A stretch of 47,549 nt of DNA from Candidatus Buchananbacteria bacterium (GTDB taxonomy: Bacteria; Patescibacteriota; Patescibacteriia; CAIXNZ01). The stretch lies in NCBI GenBank assembly GCA_014729025.1, contig WJKP01000031.1, positions 1 through 47,549 on the forward strand. The letters are read 5' to 3'. The position numbers and the translations under genes were made by a program. Under the pieces are notes generated by a model. The model had not been told where the DNA came from, ran no database searches, and was given only the letters and a program-made list of their open reading frames with translations. This document shows positions 1-10,236 of this stretch, one piece after another (the first letter of the stretch is position 1; every line of letters begins with the position of its first letter).

Positions 1-2152
1 CTAAAATTATTACTTCGGCTGTCTCATAATAATTAAAAGTTATATAATTCTTAAATACAGATATATCCCCTGAACTTATTATTCCATCAAAATCCAAATC
101 ACCACAATTATCAGGTGGAGCACTCCCCGTAACCATTTGTTTTAAAATTTCCAAATCCTGTCCATTAACTTGAAAATTATACACCAAATCACCCATTAAC
201 CCGACACAAAAAGGATTATGATTTAAAAAATTATTATCCAAAACATTAACCTCTATATCAGAGACTAACATACCGTTATAATTTGGATCAGTACTATTAA
301 CGGCATGACTAATTGTTCTTTGTTCCAAACCTTCCACATATTCATCATCTATAGCTGTTACGGTAATTGTTTGCGGGGTGTCCCAATTTAAAGGCGTAAA
401 TGTTACAGTATCACTTGAAGCTGTCATCTGATCACTGGCATAACTTAAATTCACAGTCACATCTGATGAAGGTGCTGAATTTAAAACCAAACTATACTGA
501 TCTGTTATGCCTCCTTCAATTATCCTGGTAATATCAGCTGATTCATAAATAGTTATCCCGGCCTGATCATTATCAGCTATTTGCACATTAACATTGGGTA
601 TTTTAAGAGCATTAAAATCAAGGTCTAAACTGGCTGCGCTATGGGTTATCAGGCTATAATGTTCGCCTTCTGCCACTGCGTCATCTACTGCTTTAATTTT
701 AATGGTTTGAGCTGAAGGCGCTACTCCGCCGGTAAAAGTAATTGTACCTCCATTAGGGATTAAAACATCAGACCCATCATACAACTCAATTTGGCTGTTA
801 GTATAATTAAAAGTAATTACCACATCATTTGTCGGTGTTGATGATAAATTTATACCATAACTATCTTCAATCCCCTGTTCACTGACAAAACTATTATTTT
901 CATTCTCAATGACATTAACTCCTTTGTTGCGTAAAAATGAAAAACTATTATTCATTGGTTTAAGCGGGCTATAACTATGAACATTTTCACCTTTATTCAA
1001 ACTGATAATATCCGCTTTGCCGTCACTGTCAAAATCAGCTGATAAAATATAATACGGGCCGGCTCCAACATTAAAACCGGTCAAAGCCCCAAAGGTTAAA
1101 TCACCGTTACCCGGTAAAACTGAAACAGTATTGGCAAAAAAATCAGTTACTGCCACATCTTGATTGCCATCATTATTATAATCCCTTGCTATTAAACCAA
1201 CTGAACGCTGGCTTAAATTATAATAATTAGTGTTCAATAAGGTAAAACTACCGGTTCCGTCATTATCTAAAAGATATAATCTTGATTGTTGTGCAAATAG
1301 ATCAATAGCCGTAACTGCCAAATCCAAATCAGCATCATTATCAAAATCAGCGGCTGTTACTGATTTAACTCTCCATATAGGCGTTGGCTGAGAAACCGGA
1401 GCATTAAAAGTACTGTCACCATTACCAAAATTAATTGATAAAGAATTACCAGTATTTGTAAGCCCACTATTAACAATAATTAAATCTAAATTAGTGTCAT
1501 TATCCAAATCAGCGCTAACAATTTGCATTGGCGATACTCCGCAATTATAATTAGTGGGCGCGCTAAAACCGCCTGTTCCATCATTTAATAATATGGAAAA
1601 ATTATCATCTAATTCATTAGTGACGGCTAAGTCATAATTGCCGTCTTTATCAAAATCTTCTGAGATAATATAACTTGGCCTTGTTCCGGCAGTATAAATT
1701 GTTGGATCCAAACTAAAAACACCACTGCCGTTATTTAATAAAATCCTAACATTATCATCAATATAATTTACTACGGCCAAGTCCAAATCAGTATCATTGT
1801 CAAAATCACCAGTTGCTACTGATAACGGTCCAATTCCCCCGCTCTGATAATGGACAGCCTCTTTAAAAGTAGCGTCTCCGTTATTTAATGAAACTGAAAC
1901 ATAAGACGCCCGGAAATTAACCACTGCCAAATCAAGATTACCATCATTATCAAAATCACCTTCAATTGCATGCCTCGGATCATCCAAAACATAATATTCA
2001 TCTGCTTCGGTAAAAGGATAAGCCCCGGTATTATTAACAAAATATGGCTGGCTTAAACTTAGACCAAAAATAAAAAAAGCCAATACAAAAATCAGCTTAA
2101 TTTTATTATTAAAAAATTTCCAAAAAAGTAATTTTCTTAATTTTTTATTCAT
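1..2152 (-). CDS. Large surface/adhesin-like protein, partial (runs off window start): N-terminal hydrophobic anchor, ~7 FG-GAP/VCBS repeats, two Calx-beta-like domains, dockerin-like Ca-binding pair
   Basis: Not in ORF track. Manual translation from ATG at 2152 gives MNKKLRKLLFWKFFNNKIKLIFVLAFFIFGLSLSQP..., repeated (G/A)DFDNDGxLDLAVxN motifs, TFTPLNWDTPQTITVTAIDD, and GDLVYNFQVNGQD...GDLDFDGIISSGD. The frame stays open to position 2. Confidence 0.85.
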   Translation of the reverse strand, partial: MNKKLRKLLFWKFFNNKIKLIFVLAFFIFGLSLSQPYFVNNTGAYPFTEADEYYVLDDPRHAIEGDFDNDGNLDLAVVNFRASYVSVSLNNGDATFKEAVHYQSGGIGPLSVATGDFDNDTDLDLAVVNYIDDNVRILLNNGSGVFSLDPTIYTAGTRPSYIISEDFDKDGNYDLAVTNELDDNFSILLNDGTGGFSAPTNYNCGVSPMQIVSADLDNDTNLDLIIVNSGLTNTGNSLSINFGNGDSTFNAPVSQPTPIWRVKSVTAADFDNDADLDLAVTAIDLFAQQSRLYLLDNDGTGSFTLLNTNYYNLSQRSVGLIARDYNNDGNQDVAVTDFFANTVSVLPGNGDLTFGALTGFNVGAGPYYILSADFDSDGKADIISLNKGENVHSYSPLKPMNNSFSFLRNKGVNVIENENNSFVSEQGIEDSYGINLSSTPTNDVVITFNYTNSQIELYDGSDVLIPNGGTITFTGGVAPSAQTIKIKAVDDAVAEGEHYSLITHSAASLDLDFNALKIPNVNVQIADNDQAGITIYESADITRIIEGGITDQYSLVLNSAPSSDVTVNLSYASDQMTASSDTVTFTPLNWDTPQTITVTAIDDEYVEGLEQRTISHAVNSTDPNYNGMLVSDIEVNVLDNNFLNHNPFCVGLMGDLVYNFQVNGQDLEILKQMVTGSAPPDNCGDLDFDGIISSGDISVFKNYITFNYYETAEVIIL

Positions 2153-2228
2153 TTATCTTGAAATATATCTTATTATTATAATTTTACAATATTTTATAAT
2201 ATTTAACAAATAAAAACTGTCGAAAGAC

Positions 2229-2257
2229 TTGCTTATTTTTATTATTTATGCTATACT
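2229..2257 (+). promoter_or_regulatory. sigma70-type promoter for rpmE
   Basis: TTGCTT-17 nt-TATACT with TG extension. Confidence 0.6.
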
Positions 2258-2372
2258 CTTTTTATAATCTTAAAAAAGAATAATACTGAAACACGATTAA
2301 TGCCTAATGCTCCCTTTGGGAATACCAAATATAAAAGCGATAAAAATCAGTGGTTCAGATAAAAAATAAACT

Positions 2373-2660
2373 ATGAAAAAAGAGATCCATCCCAAATATA
2401 ATAAAAAAGCCAAAGTAATTTGCGCTTGTGGCAATGAATTTACAGTCGGTTCAACAGTTCCGGAAATCCATGTTGAGCTTTGTTCAGAGTGTCATCCTTT
2501 TTATACTGGTAAGCAAAAACTTGTTGACACCGCCGGTCGTGTTGATCGTTTTAAAGAAAGGACTGCCAAACAAGCTGCTGCTGCCAAAGACAGAAAAGGT
2601 AAAAAAGTTAAAAAAGCTGCTCAAGCGAAAAAAAAGGCTAAAAAAGAAGACAAAAAATAA
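2373..2660 (+). CDS. rpmE: 50S ribosomal protein bL31 (Zn-ribbon type) with Lys/Ala-rich tail
   Basis: [13 protein letters not shown]...[19 protein letters not shown]. Confidence 0.97.
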   Translation: MKKEIHPKYNKKAKVICACGNEFTVGSTVPEIHVELCSECHPFYTGKQKLVDTAGRVDRFKERTAKQAAAAKDRKGKKVKKAAQAKKKAKKEDKK

Positions 2661-2681
2661 CTTTTTACATTTTAAAATATA

Positions 2682-2709
2682 TAAAAACCCCGCTATTTTG
2701 GGGTTTTTA
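2682..2709 (+). terminator. Intrinsic terminator after rpmE
   Basis: aaaaacccc-gctatttt-ggggttttt. Confidence 0.75.
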
Positions 2710-2753
2710 TAGTATAATAAATATAACTAAAGTTAATAGCTATTTATCAAAAC

Positions 2754-3791
2754 ATGAATCAAAAATATAAAAAAATAAAAGAACAATATCAAAAATTAGA
2801 AAAGCAGATTCAAGATCCCGCTATTGTTTCTGATACTCAAAAATATAAAAAAATCAGCCAAGAATTTGCTGAATATAAAGATATTCATGAAAAAATTCAA
2901 CGTTTAGAAAAAATTGATAAGGCGATTAACGAAGCCCAAGAATCATTACAAATTGATGAACTTAAAGAGTTTGCCCTGGAAGAATTAGATAAATTAGAAG
3001 CTGAAAAAGAAAAGTTGGGAAATGAAATAAAACAATTTTTAAAACCCAAAGACCCTAATAACAAAAAAGATGTTATTATGGAAATCAGGGCCGGTGCCGG
3101 CGGTGACGAATCAGCCTTATTTGCTGCTGACTTATTTCGTATGTATTCAAAATATGCTGAGAATAAAAACTGGCAAGTTAAAATGCTATCAGCTAATAAA
3201 ATAGGCATTGGTGGATTTAAAGAAGTTATTTTTGAAATAACCGGCCACAATGTTTATGCGACCATGAAATATGAAAGCGGTGTTCATCGTGTACAACGGG
3301 TACCAGAAACAGAAAAAAGCGGTCGGGTTCATACTTCAACAGCCACAGTCGCGGTTTTACCAATGGCTGAAGAAATTGAATTTAAAATAGATCCAAAAGA
3401 TTTAAGAATTGATACTTTTTGTGCTGGCGGACATGGCGGTCAAAGCGTTAACACTACTTATTCTGCTGTTAGAATTACTCATTTACCGACTAATACTGTT
3501 GTCTCCTGCCAAGATGAAAGATCACAATTACAAAACAAAGAAAAAGCCATGCAAATCCTGCGTTCGCGTTTATTAGCCTTGGAAGAAGAAAAAAAACAAC
3601 AAGAAATCGGAGCTGATCGCAAATCACAAGTTGGCATGGGCATGCGGGCTGAAAAAATCAGAACTTATAATTTTCCTCAAGATAGAATAACTGATCACCG
3701 CATTAAAAATAGCTGGAATAATATTCAAACTATTTTAGACGGTGATTTAGATCAAATCATTGATATACTCAAAGAATCAAATCTAGAATAA
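2754..3791 (+). CDS. prfA: Peptide chain release factor 1
   Basis: GGQ motif, RVQRVPETE (PxT), [11 protein letters not shown]. Confidence 0.97.
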   Translation: MNQKYKKIKEQYQKLEKQIQDPAIVSDTQKYKKISQEFAEYKDIHEKIQRLEKIDKAINEAQESLQIDELKEFALEELDKLEAEKEKLGNEIKQFLKPKDPNNKKDVIMEIRAGAGGDESALFAADLFRMYSKYAENKNWQVKMLSANKIGIGGFKEVIFEITGHNVYATMKYESGVHRVQRVPETEKSGRVHTSTATVAVLPMAEEIEFKIDPKDLRIDTFCAGGHGGQSVNTTYSAVRITHLPTNTVVSCQDERSQLQNKEKAMQILRSRLLALEEEKKQQEIGADRKSQVGMGMRAEKIRTYNFPQDRITDHRIKNSWNNIQTILDGDLDQIIDILKESNLE

Positions 3792-4649
3792 ATGACAATT
3801 AAAAAAATGATCTCAACTTATTCCCAAAAACTAAACTCTTTTAGTCCTGTTTTAGATATTGAAATTTTACTGGCCAAAACTTTAAATAAAAACAAGGAAT
3901 ATTTATACACTTATCCTGACAAAAAATTAACAGACAAACAATTGGCAAAATTTGAAAAATTATTCAAACGCCGAAGCAAGGGTGAGCCAATTGCCTATAT
4001 CCTTGGGTATCAGGAATTTTTTAATTTAAAATTTAACGTTAATCAACATGTTTTAATTCCCCGCCCTGAAACAGAAATTTTAGTTGAAGCAGTCATTAAA
4101 TATATCTCGAATCTCAAATCTTCAACCTCAATCCTAGATATTGGCGTAGGTTCAGGCGCTGTAATTATTTCCTTAGCTAAAAACATTAAAAATGCCCAGC
4201 TTTACGGCACTGATGTTTCAGCTAAAGCTTTAAACATTGCCAAACAAAACGCAAAAACTCATCAGGCAAAAATTAAATTTTACCAAGGCAATTTACTGGA
4301 ACAAATCCCACCTAAACTCAAATCTCAATACTCAAACTTAATCATAACCGCCAATCTACCTTATCTGGACAAACAAGAAAAAAACTTACTACCTTTTTCT
4401 TCAACTACCAGCCTTAAATTTGAACCTAAAATCGCCTGGGATGGCGGAACTGACGGTTTAAACTATTTTCGAAAATTTTTCACACAAATAGACGATTTAA
4501 AACTAAAACCTAAAGCGATTTTTCTGGAAATCGGTCATCAGCAAGCTACTGCAATTAAAAAGTTAATTCCTCTTTCCCTTGCTAAATACTCTTTACTGAT
4601 CAAAAAAGATTTATGTGGATTTGAGCGAGTTTTAATTATTAAGCAATAA
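3792..4649 (+). CDS. prmC: Release factor glutamine methyltransferase
   Basis: GEPIAYI, LIPRPETE, LDIGVGSG, NLPY; directly follows prfA. Confidence 0.95.
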   Translation: MTIKKMISTYSQKLNSFSPVLDIEILLAKTLNKNKEYLYTYPDKKLTDKQLAKFEKLFKRRSKGEPIAYILGYQEFFNLKFNVNQHVLIPRPETEILVEAVIKYISNLKSSTSILDIGVGSGAVIISLAKNIKNAQLYGTDVSAKALNIAKQNAKTHQAKIKFYQGNLLEQIPPKLKSQYSNLIITANLPYLDKQEKNLLPFSSTTSLKFEPKIAWDGGTDGLNYFRKFFTQIDDLKLKPKAIFLEIGHQQATAIKKLIPLSLAKYSLLIKKDLCGFERVLIIKQ

Positions 4650-4650
4650 A

Positions 4651-4682
4651 AAAATCTCCTCGTTTTATCTGCGAAGAGATTT
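4651..4682. terminator. Probable bidirectional terminator between prmC and the convergent orphan
   Basis: aaatctc...gagattt imperfect inverted repeat. Confidence 0.5.
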
Positions 4683-5133
4683 AAAAATGTTCAGGTTTAA
4701 CATCATCCGCTTCAAAGGGTATCACCCTGAGATGAAGCAAAGATTTAAACTTTTTGCCAGTCTCAACCATGGCCTTGGCTTCCATATACTTAATTAAACG
4801 ATGCAAATCCATTTTTTGAACCTTTTCACTGGCTTGAGTAAATTCTACTTTTTTATACCTTTGCTCTCTTTCCCCAATATTAATATCATCGTTTAAAAGA
4901 GCATTAATTGTCAACTTAACTTTATCGCCAACCGGCATTATTTTTAAACTGACAATACTTAATTTAGAAGTCTTTAATTGCCTGGTGCAAACAAATAAAG
5001 CTTCGATAAACAAATCGCTTAAATTTATGGCAAACTCCCCTTCGACTATTGCCGGGATTTCACAAATATTGATTGCTTTATCCTCTAAAGGAACGAGATT
5101 GACAACAATATTAACATGAAATTGTTTATGCAC
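4681..5133 (-). CDS. Hypothetical protein (SD-led, GTG start)
   Basis: 150-aa ORF preceded by AAGGAGGTGAT. Confidence 0.75.
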   Translation of the reverse strand: MHKQFHVNIVVNLVPLEDKAINICEIPAIVEGEFAINLSDLFIEALFVCTRQLKTSKLSIVSLKIMPVGDKVKLTINALLNDDINIGEREQRYKKVEFTQASEKVQKMDLHRLIKYMEAKAMVETGKKFKSLLHLRVIPFEADDVKPEHF

Positions 5134-5139
5134 GAATCA

Positions 5140-5469
5140 TCACCTCCTTTTTATTTTTTTCTTACTTTTTTTGCACTTACTATTCCAATTGGCCTGAATT
5201 AACTGTTTAACTTTCAAAATATTATCAGTATAAATATAAAACTCTTGAATTGTACCAGCACCACTGACCACCAGTTTTAAACCAGAACCGTTTTCCTGCA
5301 GTTTATATCTAGCAAGACTACTACCTCCCCTGCCAGCTTTATTTTTAATAAAACCAAGTGATATTTTATAAACCAAATCACTATTATTCAAAACTTTTAT
5401 TAATGTTTCAGCAGGCTCTATTACTGTAGTATGCGAACCAGTAAACTTACCTCCGGCAAAAGTTGGCAT
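5140..5469 (-). CDS. DUF2103-like small basic protein (SD-led)
   Basis: GGKFTGSHTTVIE, LGFIK, GAGTIQE resemble DUF2103. Start moved to ATG 5469, behind AAGGAGGTGA. Confidence 0.65.
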   Translation of the reverse strand: MPTFAGGKFTGSHTTVIEPAETLIKVLNNSDLVYKISLGFIKNKAGRGGSSLARYKLQENGSGLKLVVSGAGTIQEFYIYTDNILKVKQLIQANWNSKCKKSKKKIKRR

Positions 5470-5499
5470 AAAGCTCACCTCCTTTAAATTTAATATTTA

Positions 5500-5528
5500 A
5501 AATTAGCATAAAATATTATTTTTGTCAA
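5500..5528 (-). promoter_or_regulatory. sigma70-type promoter for the 5469/5133 pair
   Basis: TTGACA-17 nt-TAATTT with TG extension. Confidence 0.65.
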
Positions 5529-5553
5529 TTTTTAAAAAGGATAATCTCAAAGA

Positions 5554-5802
5554 TTATCCTTTTTTGATAGTAATAAGCTCAACTTCGCAATTGTCGCCAA
5601 AACATCCTATCAAAGTTTGATAATTTACAGGCTTACCATTAAGCAATAATTGTTTTTCTTGTCTGGCAATTGCCTGCATTTCATTAAAAGAAAACAAATG
5701 CCCGACTTCTTCATCCGCATAAACAATTTTCCTATAGATTTCTTCCCCATCTTCTTTAACAATAACGTTTACCATTGGATCATCAGGCCGACAATCAGAC
5801 AC
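5554..5802 (-). CDS. Small protein, possible beta-grasp (ThiS/MoaD/ubiquitin-like) fold (SD-led, GTG start)
   Basis: AGGAGGTG SD; LLLNGKPVNYQTLI...DNCEVELITIKKG pattern; the stop lies in hairpin aaaaaggataatct/agattatccttttt. Confidence 0.6.
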   Translation of the reverse strand: MSDCRPDDPMVNVIVKEDGEEIYRKIVYADEEVGHLFSFNEMQAIARQEKQLLLNGKPVNYQTLIGCFGDNCEVELITIKKG

Positions 5803-5837
5803 AATACACCTCCTGATTAAATTCTCTTTTTGATTAT

Positions 5838-6869
5838 TTAATATCTTAAATAATCCTCATCAGGAATAACCTGTATCCAAGTTATTCCCCCATTAAAAAT
5901 AATTTCATTGTTATTATTATCATAATAAATTGTTCTTTTATCTTCTGCTTCTTTTACCCACCTACTTTCAATTGTTTCACCATCTCTAAATACCCAAGCT
6001 TGCCCCTCGCCAATAGTTGTAATTCTTTTACGTCCAACATTGTCCAAAATAACCATATCATTAACTTGAACTATAATATTTTTAGCTTTTATCCATTCAC
6101 CGTCAGTCATTTGCTGTATATCATTATATTGATAACGGATATAATTATTTTCTTCACGATTATATTTCCAATCTACCCGATAATAATCATTAGTATATAA
6201 AAGTGTAATATCCTTGACTTGTTCGGGCCGATCATCTAAATCTTTATCTTTTTTATACTGCCACATCTGATAATCAGCCGGCTCTTTTAAATCTTTATCA
6301 GTTAAAGCCTTCTGAATTAATTCAGAAGAAGTATAAACATTATGAGGCGCATAGCGCCATTTATTGTCACGCCAATAATATTGGTAATTGAAAAATTGAT
6401 CTAAATTAATTAAATCGTACTGGCCACTAGCTAAAAGTCTTAAAGCCTCAGGTGCTCCCCCGACATGCATATAAACCGGTTCAAATGGTTCGATCCAATC
6501 TAAATAATACGGGCGAGCCGAACGAACAGGACCTATTTTTTCTATATCTTTATCATTGGCATAAATAGCCACAAAACGAGTTATTGACGCCTCGGTAATT
6601 GCTTCTATTACCAAATCCGCCCTATCTAACCCTGAAAGAGGCCAAGCATCAGCAGCATTTTCAATCATAATTGCCACTGGATATAAATTTTCATTTTCTG
6701 CCAGCTTTATTTCTGCTCCGTTAATTTTACGTCTGAGCAAGTCTTCTGTTTTTGGACGAAAAATATTTTCCGGATCAGTCACTTCATAATTTAAAATTCT
6801 GGCCAATGAACAGCCACTAAGTAAAAAAATTATAAGAATAAAAATGCTTAAATAAATTATTTTTTTCAT
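5838..6869 (-). CDS. DUF3048 (YerB-like) lipoprotein
   Basis: Lipobox LSGC; PVAIMIEN, ITRFVA, IGPVRSARPY, APHNVY. Start refined to MKKIIYL. Confidence 0.85.
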   Translation of the reverse strand: MKKIIYLSIFILIIFLLSGCSLARILNYEVTDPENIFRPKTEDLLRRKINGAEIKLAENENLYPVAIMIENAADAWPLSGLDRADLVIEAITEASITRFVAIYANDKDIEKIGPVRSARPYYLDWIEPFEPVYMHVGGAPEALRLLASGQYDLINLDQFFNYQYYWRDNKWRYAPHNVYTSSELIQKALTDKDLKEPADYQMWQYKKDKDLDDRPEQVKDITLLYTNDYYRVDWKYNREENNYIRYQYNDIQQMTDGEWIKAKNIIVQVNDMVILDNVGRKRITTIGEGQAWVFRDGETIESRWVKEAEDKRTIYYDNNNNEIIFNGGITWIQVIPDEDYLRY

Positions 6870-6889
6870 TTGTTTTTTTATTAAATAAA

Positions 6890-6922
6890 TACGCCCCATA
6901 ATCATTATAACTCATGGGGCAT
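6890..6922 (-). terminator. Hairpin after rplY
   Basis: gccccat...atggggc inverted repeat. Confidence 0.55.
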
Positions 6923-6938
6923 ATTTTATAAAATTATA

Positions 6939-7637
6939 TTATTTTCCTGTTTGCTCGTTTGACTCGGCTTCTTTGACTTCTTCAGATTTTTCCGGTGCTT
7001 TTTCAGCTTCCTCTGCTGTCTCGGCTGCAGCTTCTTCTCCTTCAACTGGTGCTGGCTTTTCTTCTTCCTCTTCTTCTTTTGGCTGAGAAACCAAAACAAC
7101 AAGCTCATCCTCGTCAGCAGTAAACTTAATTCCTTCCGGCACATTTAAATCTTTAATATGAATGGCATCTGAATATGTTTTTAAACTTGATAAATCTACT
7201 TGAATTTTCTCAACCTTTTCTAAGTCTTTAGGCAGACATCTAATTTCTACTTCATCAAAACTTTTAACCAAAATACCGCCTAATTCTTTAACTGCTGGCG
7301 CTTCACCAGTAAATTCCAATTCAACCTCTGTTGTAATTTTCTTACCTTCTTTAATTTCATAAAAATCAATATGAATAATATCCCCGGTCAAAGGGTCTGT
7401 TTGATAATCTTGAATTAAAATTTTAACCGGAGCCTCATCATTAATTTGTAAATCAATCAAGCTACTCGAACCGGCTTGATTATAAATTTTCCAAAATTCG
7501 TTTTTATTAACCGCCAAATTTTTATTTTCAATATCCGGACCATATAAAACAGCGGGGATTAACTCTTTTTCACGTAATTGATTAACCTCTTTACCGGTTA
7601 TTTCTCTTGATTGTGCTTTAAGTAAATAAGTTGCCAT
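6939..7637 (-). CDS. rplY: 50S ribosomal protein bL25/Ctc with acidic tail
   Basis: LREKELIPAVLYG, IIHIDFY, GGIL. Start refined to MATYLLKAQ. Confidence 0.95.
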   Translation of the reverse strand: MATYLLKAQSREITGKEVNQLREKELIPAVLYGPDIENKNLAVNKNEFWKIYNQAGSSSLIDLQINDEAPVKILIQDYQTDPLTGDIIHIDFYEIKEGKKITTEVELEFTGEAPAVKELGGILVKSFDEVEIRCLPKDLEKVEKIQVDLSSLKTYSDAIHIKDLNVPEGIKFTADEDELVVLVSQPKEEEEEEKPAPVEGEEAAAETAEEAEKAPEKSEEVKEAESNEQTGK

Positions 7638-7706
7638 AATTTTAATCTTTATATAAAATGCAAAATCCAAAATTTCGCATATTTGTTTATTAAATTTTAA
7701 TAATTT

Positions 7707-8057
7707 CTATTTAATTAACTGTTTTACAATATTTTTTTTTGTTTTACTTGCCAAAGCTTGATGTATCTCAATAATATCATCGGCTCTTAATTTAAGCTTA
7801 TTTTTAAATTGAAAAACATCATCAAAAGTCAAATCAGTAATCAAACCAACCGAGCTTAAACCATTAGCAGTTTTTGTCAATAAAGCCAAAATAAACCCCT
7901 GACAATTATTACATTGAATATGAATCAACTGACTATCATCACGATCATCAATAATTTTAGCCTTAACCGGATTTAAATCTGATTCACAAAACGGACAATA
8001 AGCAATCATACTGACATCTTCATCTGAAAAATAAGGGTATTTATCAAAATTTTCCAT
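7707..8057 (-). CDS. Hypothetical Zn-ribbon protein
   Basis: CPFC...CNNC, GLITDLT; upstream TTGACA-17-TAAGAT. Confidence 0.8.
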   Translation of the reverse strand: MENFDKYPYFSDEDVSMIAYCPFCESDLNPVKAKIIDDRDDSQLIHIQCNNCQGFILALLTKTANGLSSVGLITDLTFDDVFQFKNKLKLRADDIIEIHQALASKTKKNIVKQLIK

Positions 8058-8115
8058 AATTTGTAATAATTTATAAAAGTATCTTAAATAATTTTTATAA
8101 ATTTGTCAACTTTAA

Positions 8116-9219
8116 TTAGTTTCTAACAGCGATTGATTCTATTAAACCGATTAAAATCATATTGGCAATCAAGGAACTACCGCCATAACTAATAAACGGC
8201 AAAGTAATGCCAGTAATTGGTAAAAGCCCCAAATTTCCGCTAATATTAACTACTAATTGACTAAAAAATAAAATACATACCGAAACAATTAAATATAAAG
8301 CAAAATTATTATGTGTTTTTTTAGCCAATTTAATCAAACGATAAAATAAAAAACCAAATAAAGCTAAAAGTAAAATTATACCTGCCAAGCCTAATTCTTC
8401 AGCTAAAACAGCAAATATAAAATCGGTCTGACTCTCCGGTAGAAATTTTAACTGGCTTTGGGAACCCAAAGCCAAGCCTTTACCAAAAATCTTACCAGAA
8501 CCAATCGCAATCATTGCCTGCGTAATATTATAACCACTCCCCAATGGATCAGAAGATGGCTCAAGAAAAACCAAAACTCTTTCTTTTTGATAATCTTGAA
8601 AAATAAAAAACCATAAAATCAAACTACTAATAACCAATAATACTACGATAAATAATAAGTGACTCTTTTTTATACCGGTTAATAATATCAAGCCTACCCA
8701 AATTGTAAATAATATTAAAGCTGAACCAAAATCAGGCTGTAAAACAATTAAAGCCATTAATAAAATAACGCCCAGGCTGCTTAAAATCAAATATTTTAAT
8801 TGACTTATATATTTAGCCTTATCAGAAAAAAACTTACTTAAAAAAATAATCAAAAATATTTTCACAAATTCAACTGGCTGAAAAGAAAAAAAACCAAAAT
8901 CAAACCAGCCAGTGGTACCCCTGATGGTTTTACCAAAAAACAAAACCGCAATCAATAAACCAGCGCCAATAATATATAAGGGCCAATTGAATTTTATTAA
9001 AATACGATAATCAAAAAATACAGCTAAAGTAAAAATGATAAAAATGCCTAAAATAAAAAAAACTATTTGTTTATTGAAATTTAATAAATTTTGCGCACTT
9101 TGACTACCGATAGCCACACTATAAAGCAAAGTCAAGCCTAAAATTATTAAAAAACAAATAGTAATAAATAAAAGCCAATCAAATTTTTTAAAAAATAAAT
9201 TTATTTTTTTAAATTTCAT
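8116..9219 (-). CDS. rodA: Rod shape-determining SEDS protein
   Basis: FQPVEFVK, QPDFGSA, DPLGSGY, LPESQTDFIF, GITLPFISYGGSS. Confidence 0.93.
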   Translation of the reverse strand: MKFKKINLFFKKFDWLLFITICFLIILGLTLLYSVAIGSQSAQNLLNFNKQIVFFILGIFIIFTLAVFFDYRILIKFNWPLYIIGAGLLIAVLFFGKTIRGTTGWFDFGFFSFQPVEFVKIFLIIFLSKFFSDKAKYISQLKYLILSSLGVILLMALIVLQPDFGSALILFTIWVGLILLTGIKKSHLLFIVVLLVISSLILWFFIFQDYQKERVLVFLEPSSDPLGSGYNITQAMIAIGSGKIFGKGLALGSQSQLKFLPESQTDFIFAVLAEELGLAGIILLLALFGFLFYRLIKLAKKTHNNFALYLIVSVCILFFSQLVVNISGNLGLLPITGITLPFISYGGSSLIANMILIGLIESIAVRN

Positions 9220-9239
9220 AAAAAAAACTCTAGCCCCAA

Positions 9240-10082
9240 CTAAAAATCCAAATAAACATCGTCATCCAAAATATTAACCTCTGGAACCACTTCGACACTG
9301 GTAATTCTCGGCAACGACTGAAAAAAAGTTGATTCTAATTTTTTTGACTGATTATTTTTTAAAGCACCTGAAGAAATCTGATTAATAGCGACTATATTAT
9401 CAGCTGATTTTAAAAGTATCAAAAGTTTGATATTTTTATAATTATAAGCCGTATTATTATAAACAGTAAAAAGCACTCGACTAACTGGCAATTCCTGACC
9501 AACACCTAATTCTGAAGCTGGGACATATTCAACATTTTGAATATCAAATCTTAATCTTAACCTTTGCAAACTAACATAATCAATTTCTTTTTGCCAGACA
9601 ACATTTGATAAATCCAAACGAGAAGCCAAATCACCATCGGGCACAGATAAATCCACCAATCTTTTTGTTTCACCAGGTAAAATAAAACTGCTTCTTGTCT
9701 CAGTTAATTCATCGTTAACTTGAAATTTATAATTAAAACTAGCCCACCATTGAACATTTGGATTGGCTATTTCCACCATTAAATCATAATTTTCATTATT
9801 TGGTAAAACTTTAATCTGACCGACCTGAATATCTTGCGGTAAATTAGCTACTCTCAAATTAGGATAATCCTGATTAATTGTCTCTATATTATTAAGCATT
9901 ACCTGATATTCGCTCCGATAAATGTACAAATTAAAAACTAATAAATAAATTAAATAGATTGCCAATAAAGCATTAACAATAATTAAAACTATTATTAAAA
10001 TCCTTTTTAATAATAGTTTATTGGTTACATACCAATAAGCTAATTTAAGGCTTTTCTCAGACATTGGTTTTCCATCAACCAT
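9240..10082 (-). CDS. Hypothetical single-pass membrane protein
   Basis: 280-aa ORF, N-terminal TM then beta-rich ectodomain; upstream TTTACT-17-TATAAT. Confidence 0.8.
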   Translation of the reverse strand: MVDGKPMSEKSLKLAYWYVTNKLLLKRILIIVLIIVNALLAIYLIYLLVFNLYIYRSEYQVMLNNIETINQDYPNLRVANLPQDIQVGQIKVLPNNENYDLMVEIANPNVQWWASFNYKFQVNDELTETRSSFILPGETKRLVDLSVPDGDLASRLDLSNVVWQKEIDYVSLQRLRLRFDIQNVEYVPASELGVGQELPVSRVLFTVYNNTAYNYKNIKLLILLKSADNIVAINQISSGALKNNQSKKLESTFFQSLPRITSVEVVPEVNILDDDVYLDF

Positions 10083-10150
10083 AATTGTTATATAAATAAT
10101 TTTATAAATAAATTATAGCATTTTTAAATTTTTAAGTAAAAATATTTTGC

Positions 10151-10179
10151 TTGAATTAATCTGCAAGGAATGCTATAAT
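10151..10179 (+). promoter_or_regulatory. gyrB promoter
   Basis: TTGAAT-17 nt-TATAAT with TG; it lies inside the ORF-track N-terminal extension, which argues for a later start. Confidence 0.65.
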
Positions 10180-10236
10180 AATCACAACAAAGCGATTATA
10201 CACAGTCGCTTATTATCTTTATTAATCAAAAAAATA

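Noticed and set aside
10147-10236. N-terminal extension of gyrB in the ORF track (similarly rplY 7638-7670, DUF3048 6870-6905 and ORF 46903-46980)
   Set aside because: These overlap predicted promoters, terminators or leader hairpins, or lack family similarity; downstream ATGs fit better.
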